Positions 1-13,111 of a stretch of 64,000 bases of DNA are shown one piece after another (the first letter of the stretch is position 1; every line of letters begins with the position of its first letter). The notes under the pieces were generated by a model, which saw only the letters and a program-made list of their open reading frames with translations, was not told the origin of the DNA and made no database searches. This DNA is from Blasia pusilla (lineage: Eukaryota), in contig CM114271.1 of assembly GCA_050084515.1 (NCBI GenBank), positions 29,202,001 to 29,266,000 on the forward strand. Reading direction: 5' to 3'. Position numbers and translations under genes: made by a program.

Positions 1-3000
1 TATAAAGTAAAGCAACCCCAAACATAGAAATATTGGAAAAGCATAACACCGAAAATAATGGAGGGCAAGTTTTGACTAGAAATGCACTTTGAAAGAGGTG
101 AGAAAAAGCACCAGAATTATACATTATAAGGCCATATTCCAGAATCCAAAATTGAAGAAGTTAGCGGATCTTAAAAGTGACGAATGTGGTTCATTTCCCT
201 ATAAAGAATGATTTATTTTCTAGAGAAAAGTGCTCATATTTACACTTTATCATCTATGATTTATCACACATGTGGCCCGGATTCGCTGGCACACGGTGAC
301 TAACTAATGAGAAAGCACGAATCGCAAACAAATGCATGCCTTTATAGGGATCCATCGAGAAAGTTTCCAACATCGCATGTACAAACAACCCCAAAGGCCT
401 CGTGCAAATATGGGCACAAGAAATTGGAGAGATCACTTTACAAGCATTCATTACATATTATAGGGCGTATCATGCAGAGCCTGAGGAATTATCTGATCCC
501 CTTAGATTCCCCTTCTCTGGTCCCACTTACGAACTAGTACAACGGTACCCTCCCATATCGACCTCCGCAATTCGATGGTTTTGCATGTGATACTTAAGTA
601 ACGTTTTATGATACGGTTACAAACTTTGTGTGTGTGAGGGAGAGTAGATCGAAATGAATTCAGTTCAGCCGGCGGCCTAGTCCTGAAGTGAGGCCACATG
701 GCTTTTCATTTATTTAGGGACGGAGAGATTTACTAGAGATCAAACTTTAACGTTATTTGCGATGTGCACAACTTAGTATTAAGAAAAAATAAATTGAGGT
801 TTTGAGAAAGTGTGTAAAATAAAACGAGTCTTCGCGATTGGTCCCATGCAATTTTCGTCATAATGATAGTCTCTAGAATTGGTTGCATATAAGAATTAAG
901 TGGTGGGATTGGACCATTATTTCTTACCCATCCGATTGGATTTGATTAGTTCTTCGTACCATCTGTTTACTCTCAAGGGATCGGGTGTTTAATGTATGGA
1001 AATGAAGAAATTTATTTTAGATTTTCGAAGAGACATGCGATATGAGTATGTAATATATTTGTGGATAACGGATAAAATAATCCCAAATATATTTAAATAG
1101 TAAAAATATCTGCACAACGATAATTAAAAAACCAATAGAAATAAATGGGAAACTATGAAAAAATAATAAAGTGAAGGGGTAACAGATAAAAGAGGAGTAA
1201 ATTTTCACAAGAATTTATGGAAAAATCATTTTGTGTACCTCTTGACTTTTTGAAAAAAAAAAAAAATTGAAATAGAATTTCTCTACCCAATATTGGCCAA
1301 AATTTTAGAGTTTCTAAATTTAAGCGAAATAGAAATTCTAGAAGAATCAGTGGTATGACTTTACTTTTCAAGCTTGATCCCCCTTTATTTTTCAGAAAAA
1401 TATTTAAAAGAATCATAGGGAAAAAATGAAAAATGATTAAATTTAAACTCTTCTCCTAAAATATCTGAAATAAAAATAAAACATCTCCTGCCTCCCTCTC
1501 ATCCCTTCATTTAACTATCCCCTCTCCACGTTTAATTATTACTTTTCAAGTTTAAAAATATGACACCCTACACCAAAGAGATGTCGCCATGGAGGGATGT
1601 CTCCTCCGTTAACATTATCTATGTATATAATTAAAAAAGGACGGGGGTTAGAGAAACCCTCCTCATGTGTTGACACATGTTCTCTAAAGGTTCTTATGTT
1701 GTTGACACAATGAATTTTAAGGTGTCAACCAGAGGGTGTTCAATTAAGAGGAGATAATAAAAGAAATAAAGACCAGATGCATTTAAAAATTTTAATATCA
1801 TCCGTGCTAATAGATTATATATGTACATGATTACATTTATCATATTTCTCGACCTTTACATTCAATGTAGGATACTAGAAATGATGCCAACGTGATGCGC
1901 TTGTATTGCTACCACTAGCATCATCACAGAGCATCTTTGTAAAAGAAAAATTAATGGAGGAAGAAGGATCCACTGAGACAAATCTAAACAACAAAGATGA
2001 ACTTCTTTAAATTACACAATGGATTAGAGAGAATGAATAAACGGATTTATTGTCTTGGAGGACCCCAAAGGGCTATGGGACTTTGATTTTCAATTTTTTT
2101 GCAAGGCAAAGCACAACCATAGAGTATATACCATGAGGTCCTCTCCTCTAAGATGCTCTCTTAGCCTCTCTAGCATACACATACTATATAGAGTACGTGC
2201 ATGCTAGAGAACAATTTGAATGTTCTTGCAAAATCTTGTTAGCCATGAAATCAAGGAAATCAAGGAAATGGAAGAGATGAAAGAACTCTAGTGCGATGTT
2301 ATCATGGTAATTTCGAAGGAGAGGATAATGATCTTCACCATCATACTGATGGAATTATAATATATGTTTGTATGAGATAATGTACCTTTCTCTAACTCTA
2401 TGTTAGTTGAACTTGGTTTAAATCTAGCCAATGCACTACAACGTTTAGTGGACATGGCAATAGAGATATAAGAGGTGGACTTGGTGGATATCCCATAATG
2501 CACGAGGGTGTGATATACCCCATCTACATTATTGCTCCTCTCCAAGATCTTTTTATGTCTATCCCAAAAGAGATTGGGGGTGGGGATGCGAGGGCAGATG
2601 TGGGGATTTTGCAAGCCGGGAAAAATTCTTGCATGGACAAGTCCATCCTAAGGAAAAACATAAGTCCGCGTGCAACCTTGACTATCACATGAAGATTTTT
2701 TTAGGGGTATCAAGTGCTTTAGGTCGTTATTGGGTTTGGGCCCCAAAACTTTAAAATCATACAATATGGTTGAGATGACCATAACTTTGGGTAGATGAAG
2801 CTTATGTGGTGGTCTATGCCACATAAGCTTCATCTATGTGCCACGATGCCATCCTTTTGCAATTAGATTATATTAGGTGTAAACATCTTAATCTTCTATC
2901 TTATGATTCTTTTATTGTAAAATTTTAGAATAGGAAGAATAAAAAAGGCAATCTTTGTGATATGATTATATTGTATGTGCTTGAACTCACACACACCCCT

Positions 3001-4869
3001 TTATAAAATGATAAAAAAGGGTTATTACGTGTTGTCGAGGGAAGTGTCTAATTAAAGAATCCAATCTCTTTTCAAAGGGAAAATATGAGCTGGCACATTA
3101 TTTTTATTAAAAGGAAAAAGTTGTAAACTATTGCATTGCAAATGGTTATGAATGAATGGAACACTAATAATTTCGTTTATTTTTAAGAAGGGAATTATTA
3201 ATATGAAAAAATTCTTCCATAAAGGAAACTTCCCAATGAAATATTAGATAATTTTTTCTTTTAAAAAAATGAGTTTGAAATAAAATATTTACCAAACCAA
3301 AAACTAAAAATTATATTCATGAGTGATGAAAGTTGTTAATTCTAAGATGTCAATCACTAATTACTAACAAATGTAGTATTACCATACCGGTAGACTAATC
3401 CACTCATTGCACGTGGAAGTGCTTACTTATATGGCTCGCTGGTACGATTAGGGTTTTATTGCCGAGGATAAGTATTGAATTGCGAAAGTACATTGGAGAA
3501 AGGCTCCACATCGGAGGACTCCCAACAGTAAGTGCTTTTCTTCTTCTTGTTTTTCTGAAACACGGAATTCGTCCAAAATGTAGGTAGCACAAAACGGAAG
3601 GTGGTTGGTTTCGTACGAATCTTGTGGCTCTTCGGGGACTCGTGAGATTCCGAGCGATCTTCTCGTGCATGCTTAACGTGTGTGATGGCACCTTTTAATG
3701 AACACGAAAACCGCTCGGTGAGTTCGCGGAGGGAATCCGGGGATATATGGAGTGAAAAATCGAAGAACAGAGAAGGTAGCTTGCGAGAGTTGTCTTCGCT
3801 GAGATAGTTCGCACGAACGTCGCCATGTCGAAGAGCGATTTCGGGAGAGAGAAGCTGTTCGGATGACGATCGAAGCATGTCAAATCTGATACCCAAACGA
3901 CGACGACGACGACTACGGGATCCGATTCATACGTTTATTTACTAGCGGAAGCATCGTAAGATTGGAGTGCTGAAATTGGAAAGGCCAATTTCCGCTCGTG
4001 ATCCACAAGAGTTGAAGAGTTGGTTGCGTTATGAAGTTGTGGCTATGGACGGTCCCAAATCGCTTGCCACTCATAAAGTCACATTATGAAGCTGACGGCG
4101 ACATGCATTCATTTTCCACCAGAGACCGAAGTGTCACTCATGGACCCTCATGGACTGCACTTTCCCAATTTATTTTTTTATCAATACGCGGAATGGAACG
4201 GAGCAGCGATTTTGGGCGGGGACGGCGAGAGGCATGGATTGGGACGGCGGGAGGAAGGACGGAGGGCGTAGGGGACGAAAAGAGACGTGCTACATGTCGA
4301 AACGGAGAGCGTGACGAGAGCTTCGTTTTGATCCGGACCTTGCTGCATGGCGTGAAGTATTTTTATTTTTATTCATCTTTTTAGAATTCGGTTCATATTA
4401 GGGTTCCAAATGTGAATATTAGGGTTTAGCTTATTGTCATTTGGGGAAATTTCCTAAGGTAACGTCCTCTATTCACCCACCCTTCCCCTCCTTTCCCAAG
4501 TCCTTTCTTGTTTGTCGTATTTGTCGTATGTGCTTCTCATTTTGGTTCGATTCTCGTTTGTATTTGTTACCCTTCCCGTACATACACTTTTCTTCTCATC
4601 TATTTTATCTTGAAGGGCCCATGATCTTTTCACACTCTTAGCAACTCTACGTATTCATGAGTTTATTTTTGGGAGGGGGTTGGGACTAGAAGTCCTAGGT
4701 GATGTTGGTAGGTGAGAGTTTATGTTAGAGGGAGCATTACCGTGGACGGGAAGAGAGTGGTTTGCCAGGACCGCTCGTTCGAATGGGGATGACAGGACTG
4801 TTATTGACGGGGGATTGTCGCACGATTTTATTGGAGGGGGCTATATCCTCTTCTTGGTGAGTTGCATCC

Positions 4870-7800
4870 ATGCCTCGACCCGCATTGGCTCCCCGTGTGG
4901 GGACCCGTGGGTCGTCTAGTCGGGATACTAAATGCCCATGTTGTCCCGAATTCTTCACTCGTTCAGGAATTCGGAACCACTTAGCGGCTAAACATCCTGA
5001 CTTTGATAGATTTGGATGGGTGGTCCCTCCTGTCGACCATGGATGCTCTCCGGTGCTTCTCGCATCATCGCCCCCCGAGGCATGGGAGTGGTTGAGGTCC
5101 CACCAGGGCAAGATTATAGGTCTCTTGAGACCCGTTTTCCCTGCCCGAGGTTGTTTCATAGGATCCCCCATGCTATTCGGGACGACCTCCGCCACGCATT
5201 CCTCCTTCCCCTCGCTAGGATCGCCCTTGATCCTATGGATGAGCTCTCGTGGTACCTACTACTTCTCCTTCCACGATGGTGTCTTCGTTACACTCGGGGA
5301 GGGAAGGCCGGTCATAGAGAGGTTATAGCACGCCCGAGACGCTTTCGAGGAGGTGATTGGGAGTCTCTGCAGAGTGAGTTTGTGGCATTCGCCAGGAGGA
5401 AGTAGTTCACCTGGTTTCGGCAGACGATCCCTGGAGCGGCCAGGTTGCGACGATGTAGGACACTAGGGCGAGCCTGTGAGTACTCGCGAGCCGACGTGCT
5501 CTTCGCCCGATGGACATGGCTCTGCTTCATTGTTACCATCGATGCCCCCGGAGGCTACATCCTCGCCCATCGGTTGACATTCCAGCTTTTGCACGTGACT
5601 TTCCCACCGACACGGCTATATGCCTTGACCCCTCCCTCTTTGCACGGGCACTCGGACGTTCTCCGAGGATTGCGGCCGGAGGTTTGTCTGGTATGATGTA
5701 CGAACACCTTCGTGATTGCTTTCCTTCCGAGGACACCGCTAGCGGCTTCTCCGAAGTTGCTTCAGTTGCCTCTCACCTAGCTCAGGGGAGAGTGCCAACA
5801 GCAGTGGCCCAAGTATTAGGGGCGGGGCGACTTTTGGCGTTGTCAAAGGGGGGTGGTGGTATCCGTCCGATTGCCATAGGTGAGGTGCTCTTGCGGTTGG
5901 TGAGTCGTACTCTCGCTTTGCAATTCCGTGAGGCTTTCAAATCACATCCGAGTCCGCACAGTTTGGAGTTGCCACGCCACCGGATGTGAGACGGTTGCCT
6001 TAGGTTTGAGGGCTTGTCTAGATGTACATCCAGTGGGTGGTTCTCCAAGTGGACGTGGAGAACGCCTTCAACTCAAGATATCTCGGGCTACTATATTCAC
6101 AGAGTTGAGGGACGCGGGTGGCCCCATGGCGAGCCTCATTCCCTTTGTGCAGGCTTTTTATGGGGCCCTTCGGCCCTCTATTTACACCATGGTCGATTCG
6201 AGGAGGAGGTCACGGTCTTGGAGTCTCACGGGACTCGTCAGGGTGACCCTCCGGGTGGCGCGTTGTTTTTGTGGCTCATTACCGAGCGGTTCTTTCTACG
6301 GTGGAGGCTTTCCGGGTTGCATGTTCCTTTGGCGGATGATACTCATATTGTTGGTCCCGAGATCTGGTTGTCCCTGCATTCGAGCACTTTTCAAAGACTG
6401 AGCTTGGCACGTGTCGGCCTGGCGGTGAAGGTGGGGAAGTGCAAGGCTTGGTCTCCATTAGGCCTACGTGATGATCTACATTTACCCGACGGCTTCTTGC
6501 GACTGTCGGAGGGCTTCGAGTCTTGGGAGTACCGCCGGGAGCCAGGACTTTGTATCGACTTTCGTGGCGGCGGCTCTTACCGAGGATCTTCTCCACGTTG
6601 ATGATCTTACGAGGATTGGTGACCCTCAAGTCGCTTCGGCATTCTCTCTTCTTGTTTTGCTCGAGACCTGGTTACCTCACTAGAACTGCCTCGGACATCT
6701 AGTCACCTTTCTTCCCTATATAGATCCTTTGATAGGAAGCTCATGCAGGTGTTTGGGGATCTTCTAGGACCCGGCTCCTTAGAGTGCCCCATGGGGAGTT
6801 AGCTCGAGACAGGCCTCTTGGCCGATTTCTTTTGGTGGAGTAGGTCTTCTCTCGACCGAGTTAGTGGCGCCCTCCGCTTTTTTAGGGAGTTGGGCCATAG
6901 TGGCACCCCTCCTTTGCTCCCGATTTTTGGTTAGAGATAGACCGCTCCTTCTACACTACGTCTCCCAGGTCGAGGATGGCTCTTTCCCACTTCAGTCTTC
7001 ACTCACAGCTTGTAGAGATTCCCTTCGAGTTGAGGCCAGAGCCGTTCTCCCCACTTTCTCCTCCTTAGTTACCTCCGGTCAGTCTGGGCTCCAATCTTCC
7101 TTGATGGAAGCCCACTTTGAGGCAGTTTTTAGAGGCACTATGTCTGACGGGAATATCCCCATGGAGGTTAGGGCCCGTATTCGCTCTTGCTCCGGAAAGG
7201 GGGGCTCATGGGTAGAAGGGGCGCCCCTTCTCCAGGCTTTCCGTATCGCACCACTTACCTATACCACAGCGATGCGGTTCCGCTTGGGCCTCCCCCAACC
7301 ATCAGTGGTTGGTTCGACACATTGCGAGTGTCGCCGGAGCCTGGATCCACTTGGTGTGCATTTGGCACGCTGTCCAGTTGGGGGTGAGAGGATAGCCACT
7401 CACGATGCAAAGGCGGGATATCATGTTCAGTATTGCTCGGGAGAGTGGCTTCCATGTGCAGAGAGAGAGGCACTACTCCTTGCGGGATTCCCTCATTCGT
7501 GCCGATCTCTACATGACACGTGAGGCTGAGGTGGTTGTGGCGGACGTGGTAGTCACAGATCCTACGCGGGAGGCAGTGCGAGCCCAAGTGGTGGTCCAAG
7601 GGCGAATGCTACAGGAGCGGCGGCGGCGAAGAAGACACATATCTACTGATCAACTACACGAGGACACATCTTCATCCCCTGGCCATAGAGATGTATGGGG
7701 CTATGGGGGGAGAGGTTCGACTGCGTTCACGGATCGCGCCCATCATCTCCACTCGAGAAATGGGTTGTCCTTAGCTCTGCGATCTCAGACAGGCGCTGGT

Positions 7801-8076
7801 CTCCATAGCGTTGCGGCGTGCCCAGGCTAATGGGATTTTTGCGGCGGGCTCAGTCGTGGGAGACGCCGGCGCTAGAGGCCCACTTAGTAGTAGTCATAGC
7901 TCTCTTGTTGTTTCTTGATATTGTCTCTGCTTGTTGGTGAGTTTCGTCGTTAGGGGGAATGCCCCTTCTTCCTTTTCTCGGTCGTGTTGTGGCCTTCAGG
8001 TTTTGACTCTTTGAGTCCCCCTCTTTTGTACTTCCGATGGGTTTTCCATCACTCGTTTTTATCGAAGTGCATCTTT
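4870..8076 (+). mobile_element. CRE/SLACS-like non-LTR retrotransposon (C2H2 zinc finger - RT - CCHC - restriction-like endonuclease), multiply frameshifted
   Basis: N-terminal C2H2 (KCPCCPEFFTRSGIRNHLAAKH). RT blocks are spread over successive frames: GGLSGMMYEHL, LLALSKGGGGIRPIAIGEVLLRL, GTRQGDP, LADDTHIVGP, GLAVKVGKCKAW. C-terminal knuckle CECRRSLDPLGVHLARC is followed by RIATHDA and RLE-type RADL...ADVVVTDP. The 5' boundary is uncertain and may extend upstream. Confidence 0.85.
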
Positions 8077-8308
8077 GTCTCCCGAGAGAGATAGAGAATG
8101 TGTTGGGTTGGATAACTTGGATGGTGCCAAGATGGATTGCTGCCCTAACCTTGTAACCATAATAGATCTCGTGCACGGGGTTGGGTGATGCTAGAGAATA
8201 GGATGAGTGCATAGTAGGAATAAGTGAGGAAAGTATCATACGAGAGGAGAGGTAAAGGTGCACTTCGATAAAAACGTGTGATGGAAAACCCATCGGAAGT
8301 ACAAGAGG
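8021..8308. repeat. ~55-bp inverted repeat (8021-8076 vs 8254-8308); probable second, 5'-truncated 3' end of the CRE family on the minus strand
   Basis: TTGTACTTCCGATGGGTTTTCCATCACTCGTTTTTATCGAAGTGCATCTTT recurs as a near-identical reverse complement about 180 bp downstream. Confidence 0.8.
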
Positions 8309-8444
8309 AGAGGAGGAAAACTTTCTCATTTGGTGTCATGCTTACCGCCGTACAATGTGTTGGTGCGGACACGGTCTAGCTACGGCAGTGAGATTGTACA
8401 TGAATCTAGGTTGTTGAATGTCTTGAATAGATATGGCCCTATCG

Positions 8445-8561
8445 GCTTATATTGAGCTTAGCAATGTAAGCAAAATTCATAACAAATAACTCAACAATAA
8501 GTGCTTACATTGCTAAGCTCAATACAAGCACTTATTGTTGAGTTATTTGTTATGAATTTTG
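8445..8561. repeat. Interleaved short inverted repeats A-B-A'-B'
   Basis: A 8445-8472 pairs with A' 8502-8529; B 8471-8506 pairs with B' 8526-8561. Confidence 0.85.
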
Positions 8562-8599
8562 TTAAGGAGACCAAGCAATGACTAGAGATTTCATCCCCC

Positions 8600-10000
8600 T
8601 CATCATATAAGGTGCATAAGTTTTGTTGTGTTCCCATCCTCCTTTTCTTATGGTGCAAGGGGATTGCTCCCATCCTAAGCTTGAATTAATCCAGGTTCCC
8701 CTTTTTTTGGGATGCAGAGTAAAGAGAGGCCATAAATTTTTAGGGCTTGGATTCTTTGAGTTGTTATTTTGCGAGAGTTTGCCCATTGATTCGCTTATGG
8801 TATCCTAAAATGGTTTCTCATCTTGTTCCCACATTCTAGGCTTGGAAGGGAGCTTGGTTGTTTGCACAATCTTGAATTTTTTTTCTCCAAGATCTTTCTT
8901 ATTTCCCTTTGTTTGGTGTTAGCATCCCACAATGCGGAACCATGTTCTAATGAGGACTAAGTTTTATGCCGAGTGAAAGAGTCCTTTAATTTAGATGTGA
9001 TGTCCATGCAATGAAGGAAAACTCGATAGTGCCTTCACCTTCTTGTGACCTCTCTTAGTAGCCTTCATAATGTGGGCGTCCCACATGCAATCTATACGAA
9101 AATTCATGTCTAGATAGGTGCATGTGGGTTCCTCTTCCCCTAATACATAGGTGGTCTTGGTCCTCTTCCTTGCCATTGAAGTATCAGCAGACCTCACTTC
9201 AATACATTTAGATACATGCTCAACATGTCACACTAAGTTTTGGTCGGGGAGATTATCTTTTGGACATTCTTTCCAACTTCCTCTAATCCACCAAAGTCAT
9301 TGAAAAACATGAGGGCAACAAAACTGGTGTTGCCTATCCCTATGCTTAGTCCACTATCCGCCATTTCCTTGAGTAGGGAGTTGACAAAAATATCGAAGAG
9401 GGTGGGGTAGATCGGTTGTCCTTATGCCACTCTTGCTTGATGTCAAGTGCTCCACTTAGTTGGCCATTCACCTCAACTATACCCATAGCTTCATGCTACA
9501 TTCTCTACACCACCCTCCACAATTTTCCTCTCGGCCCAAGAGGAAAATTTTCACAAGTTGAAAGGCGTGCCATCATGCCATGCTATGTCATATGCCTTCT
9601 AGAGGCCCAAGGAGAATCAATAGTTGGGCTTCCCCTGGTTTTTCTACCGTGAAGGTGAAGATGGGATCCACATATTTTATGGCTCTTGGGAACTCCTTCT
9701 TTATGAAAATATTCTCCCAAGGTAAATGGATATCCACTCCCTAAGTGTATGGCATATGAGCTTACTCAATAACGTCTAATTTCCAAGGTCTTAGCCTTCA
9801 CCCTTCTTGTCGAGGATGTTCACAATGACTCGTACCTACCTTTGGGCATAACTTGTGCCCTTATAACAACATAGTCATACTTTAATAGCCCATTCACAAG
9901 CCCATCATTGGGTTGAGAAAGCTCCAAGTACGCCACCGGTGCTTGGGACAATGGTAGAGATTCGAATGGGTGGAGAGAGAGGAAGAGGCCAAGACAACAA
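8600..10000 (-). mobile_element. Highly degenerate LINE reverse-transcriptase remnant
   Basis: The minus strand reads VA*GQPIYPTLFDIFVNSLL (QG.PLSP.LF block, ~9375-9435), a decayed LMFFND (FADD-like) and TCTYLDMNF...W.AHI (YLG block, ~9070-9130). Boundaries are approximate. Confidence 0.55.
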
Positions 10001-12749
10001 ACATTAACCAACAAACTTATCAACACATTTGAAGAGGGCATTAGGGAGTGGGCAATTAAGGAGGTTTATATAAACCTCCTTAATTTGTATGATTTTTGCA
10101 GGGTTGAAATTGACCCATGGGCGTAGTCTTAAGTGTTAGGGCAGAGCTCCCGAGTGTTAACCAAGGAGCCCTTTCCAACACTACTTACCGTACTTGATTG
10201 AGATCCTTAATACCATTGCAGCTGAACTTGTTCAATAATTCGGGTCTTGTCAGCTTTCGCAATATTATTATAAGCTGTGACTATTTGTGTGGGGAACTAG
10301 AGGTTTCATATGCTCATATGCTCTTTTTCGTGGTTCAAGCGGACTGCCCACTTGAATTCAAGTCAGGTTTCCAAACGAGGGGTCCCCTGCAAATACTTCT
10401 TCAGTCCTGCTGGGTTCTGAACATACAGTCGAGACAAAAGGTTTCGACATTTTCATGACGTCCTCAATGCTGTTCTGCTGGGAGCGTTCTCCCAGTATTT
10501 GGGTTACGCCATCTCCAAACGGTCGCTCCTCTTGCTCCCACAGTTCAGGCAGGCCGTGTTGGTCAAACGCTCAGAGACTGTACTCATTAAGTAGTGCCTG
10601 TCTACCCTTAAGTGCGGTTTCGGACTTGAACATAATGCCGTTTTGCTTTGTCAGATCAAGTTGGTATTGAACTGCATGTGCTGATGACCCTGACGCCTCA
10701 AAGGTGTGTATCCTCTGCTGTGCTTCGTGCGTTGGTTGTCTCTCACTTCGATACACTGATCAGCGGTTTCTTCGACGGCAGCACATGCGATACAATAATA
10801 CTTTGGGGGCAGTCAAAGCCGTCGCAGCGACTCGCAGCAGAGGAGGAACCGCAATTGTAATCTTGTATAGCACTTTCAGGCTTCAGCGAGACCGGCACGG
10901 CACGGAAACTCCCTCTCCTTCCCCATGCACCTGTAAGAAAGAAGTTCCAGCCAGCGTGAGCGGACACTTCTTTTGGAGTGAGAAAAAAGAGAACATGTCT
11001 AGACTCCCGCATGTCTGTCAGTTGCGTTCCCCCACATTGGAGACTCAAGGGACCTGCATGTTCCTTTGTTTCTCTGACGAAAAAAACTCAAGTCAATTTT
11101 TTGGAGTAAAGAACGGACAAATGGGCCCGTGTCTGTCAAAAGAAGAATAGAAGATGCTGATAAGAAATGCTATGAAAGTGGTAGGTGGTGATTGACATCA
11201 GAGGAAGGTGGGGACCGACTAAAGGAAGAACAATCGGTGACAACCTACCTTAACTCTGATTGGACTACAACTCGAAAACTCTTGAGAATGAACAAGGAGT
11301 AGGCAGAGGAGGACAGCGATCGTAAAAGGTTTACGGATCGGGTGAATCAATGGGTAATCTAAGAGGACTAAATTGGAAGGAAATCTCCTCATTGCGTCGT
11401 CCCTAGTTCGCCCGATTCTTCTCATGAACTAGATGTGAAATCCTGGTATTACGGTTGAGTCACCTGAACAAGCGCAAATGCAATCCGCCATAATTATTCC
11501 ATGCCAACCTCCAATGAGTTCCGAGAAAGGAAGACTTCCGGTGGAGTCGAGAGGAATGCCAAAATCGAACCTCAGGTGGGGGTTGGGGATTAGCGAGACG
11601 GACCATCGCGTAGCCAAGGACGCATGTTTTTGGCCTTCTGGCTAGGAACATCTTATGCTTGAAAGATGGCAATCGGAAATGAAGGATCATGTCAGGAGGA
11701 GAGAGCATACCCAAAACCTAAAGCAAGGAAGAAAGACCTGCATTACTTGTAATTTACCCCATGTGCAACTCCCGCAATTTTGTTTCTCAACCCAACAGCT
11801 CTCAGCACTTGCAAGATTTGCGAACACAGATCAATCGATTGGAAAGGTCTGGAAGTTTCGCCGGCCTGAGCATAATCAAGATTCAACAGTACGTCGGAGC
11901 TGCAGTTCGACAGCCAAAGAGGAAATTTGCAAATAACGATCCTGACACTAATTTTTCCTGCAGGAGGGTGGAGCCTGCGTAGATGAAGTATTGGGAGTGT
12001 GGAAGACGCGCGTAAGCAGGTCCGGGAATATGCCGCAGAGCGGTGTTCACAGATGGGCCAAATGCCTTCTCAAATGCCTTGCCAAAGGACATTGGTCAAG
12101 CAGATCTAAGAAACACCGCGGTGTGGATGAAATATGCCTTGTGTTGAAGAAATGGGGCAGATACCACCAGGCGAATAAGGTCCAGAAGTGTGAATACACG
12201 TTCGGGAGAAGGCTTGCAATTGTCTTATAGAAGAGGGGAGCGAGGAGAGAACGTTTCCGAGAGATCTAATGAAGACAGTTTAAGCGTCGAAGAATGCGAA
12301 ACCCCATCACGTCTGATATATTTTCTTCTACAGTGGGTCCTCGTTCCTTCCGAATGAGGTGCGTTTGTGGAAGATGCCCTGCACGGAGGAGGAGTTGGGG
12401 AATCATGTCCGGACGCGAGGAATGCAGGGCGGAAGAGGATCGTTGGTTGATTCAAACAATGAAGTCTTTTGAATGTCCGGGAAGGAACTTGTTTAGGAAT
12501 TTGGGTAGGTGGCTGATCTCAACGGGCTCTTCAGTCCTTCGAAACCATGCGGTCTGGGAACTTTCGGGTTTCAGGTGAACCGAGACTCGCCATTAGGAAG
12601 ATAGGCGAAGGCGGAAAGCTCATGAAGGTACAGTCTTCATAAGAAACGATCCAGGCAGTTTCCCATTGCCTGTCAACTTCTAGCGGAAATCCTGGAAATG
12701 AAGTTGGAATCGGATAGGGACGGGAGGCAACTCATTGGATCACCCTCGG

Positions 12750-12792
12750 ACGTCCGTCCGTCCATCCATCCATCCGTCCATCCATCCGTCCA
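12750..12792. repeat. (TCCA/TCCG)n microsatellite upstream of the formin
   Basis: GTCCGTCCGTCCATCCATCCATCCGTCCATCCATCCGTCC. Confidence 0.8.
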
Positions 12793-13111
12793 CCACCTCG
12801 GAGAATCGCCGAATCAGTTGCGTAAGTGCGTACCGGCAATTCCTCATGAACTGCTCAGGAAATAAAAAAATGAGCCAAACCCACACCGCAGAGAGTTGCT
12901 GTAACATGGGCTTGCGCGTCGATTTCCGAACGAAGTCGTTTGCACCCTGTCTTTCGGCCTCGGGTGCCTTTCCAAAGAGTCAAACTGGCCTTCCCGGATC
13001 CATGCGAGTTCGGAATACACCTTTCTTTTATTCTACTCGAATGAAGCCTCTTCCCAAAGTCATTTCTGTTAGTTTGGTCCCAACACCAAATTCGATACGC
13101 GACTGACGTAC

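Noticed and set aside
1900-2900. Possible decayed MULE/SWIM or hAT transposase remnant
   Set aside because: Motifs too degraded to assign by eye.
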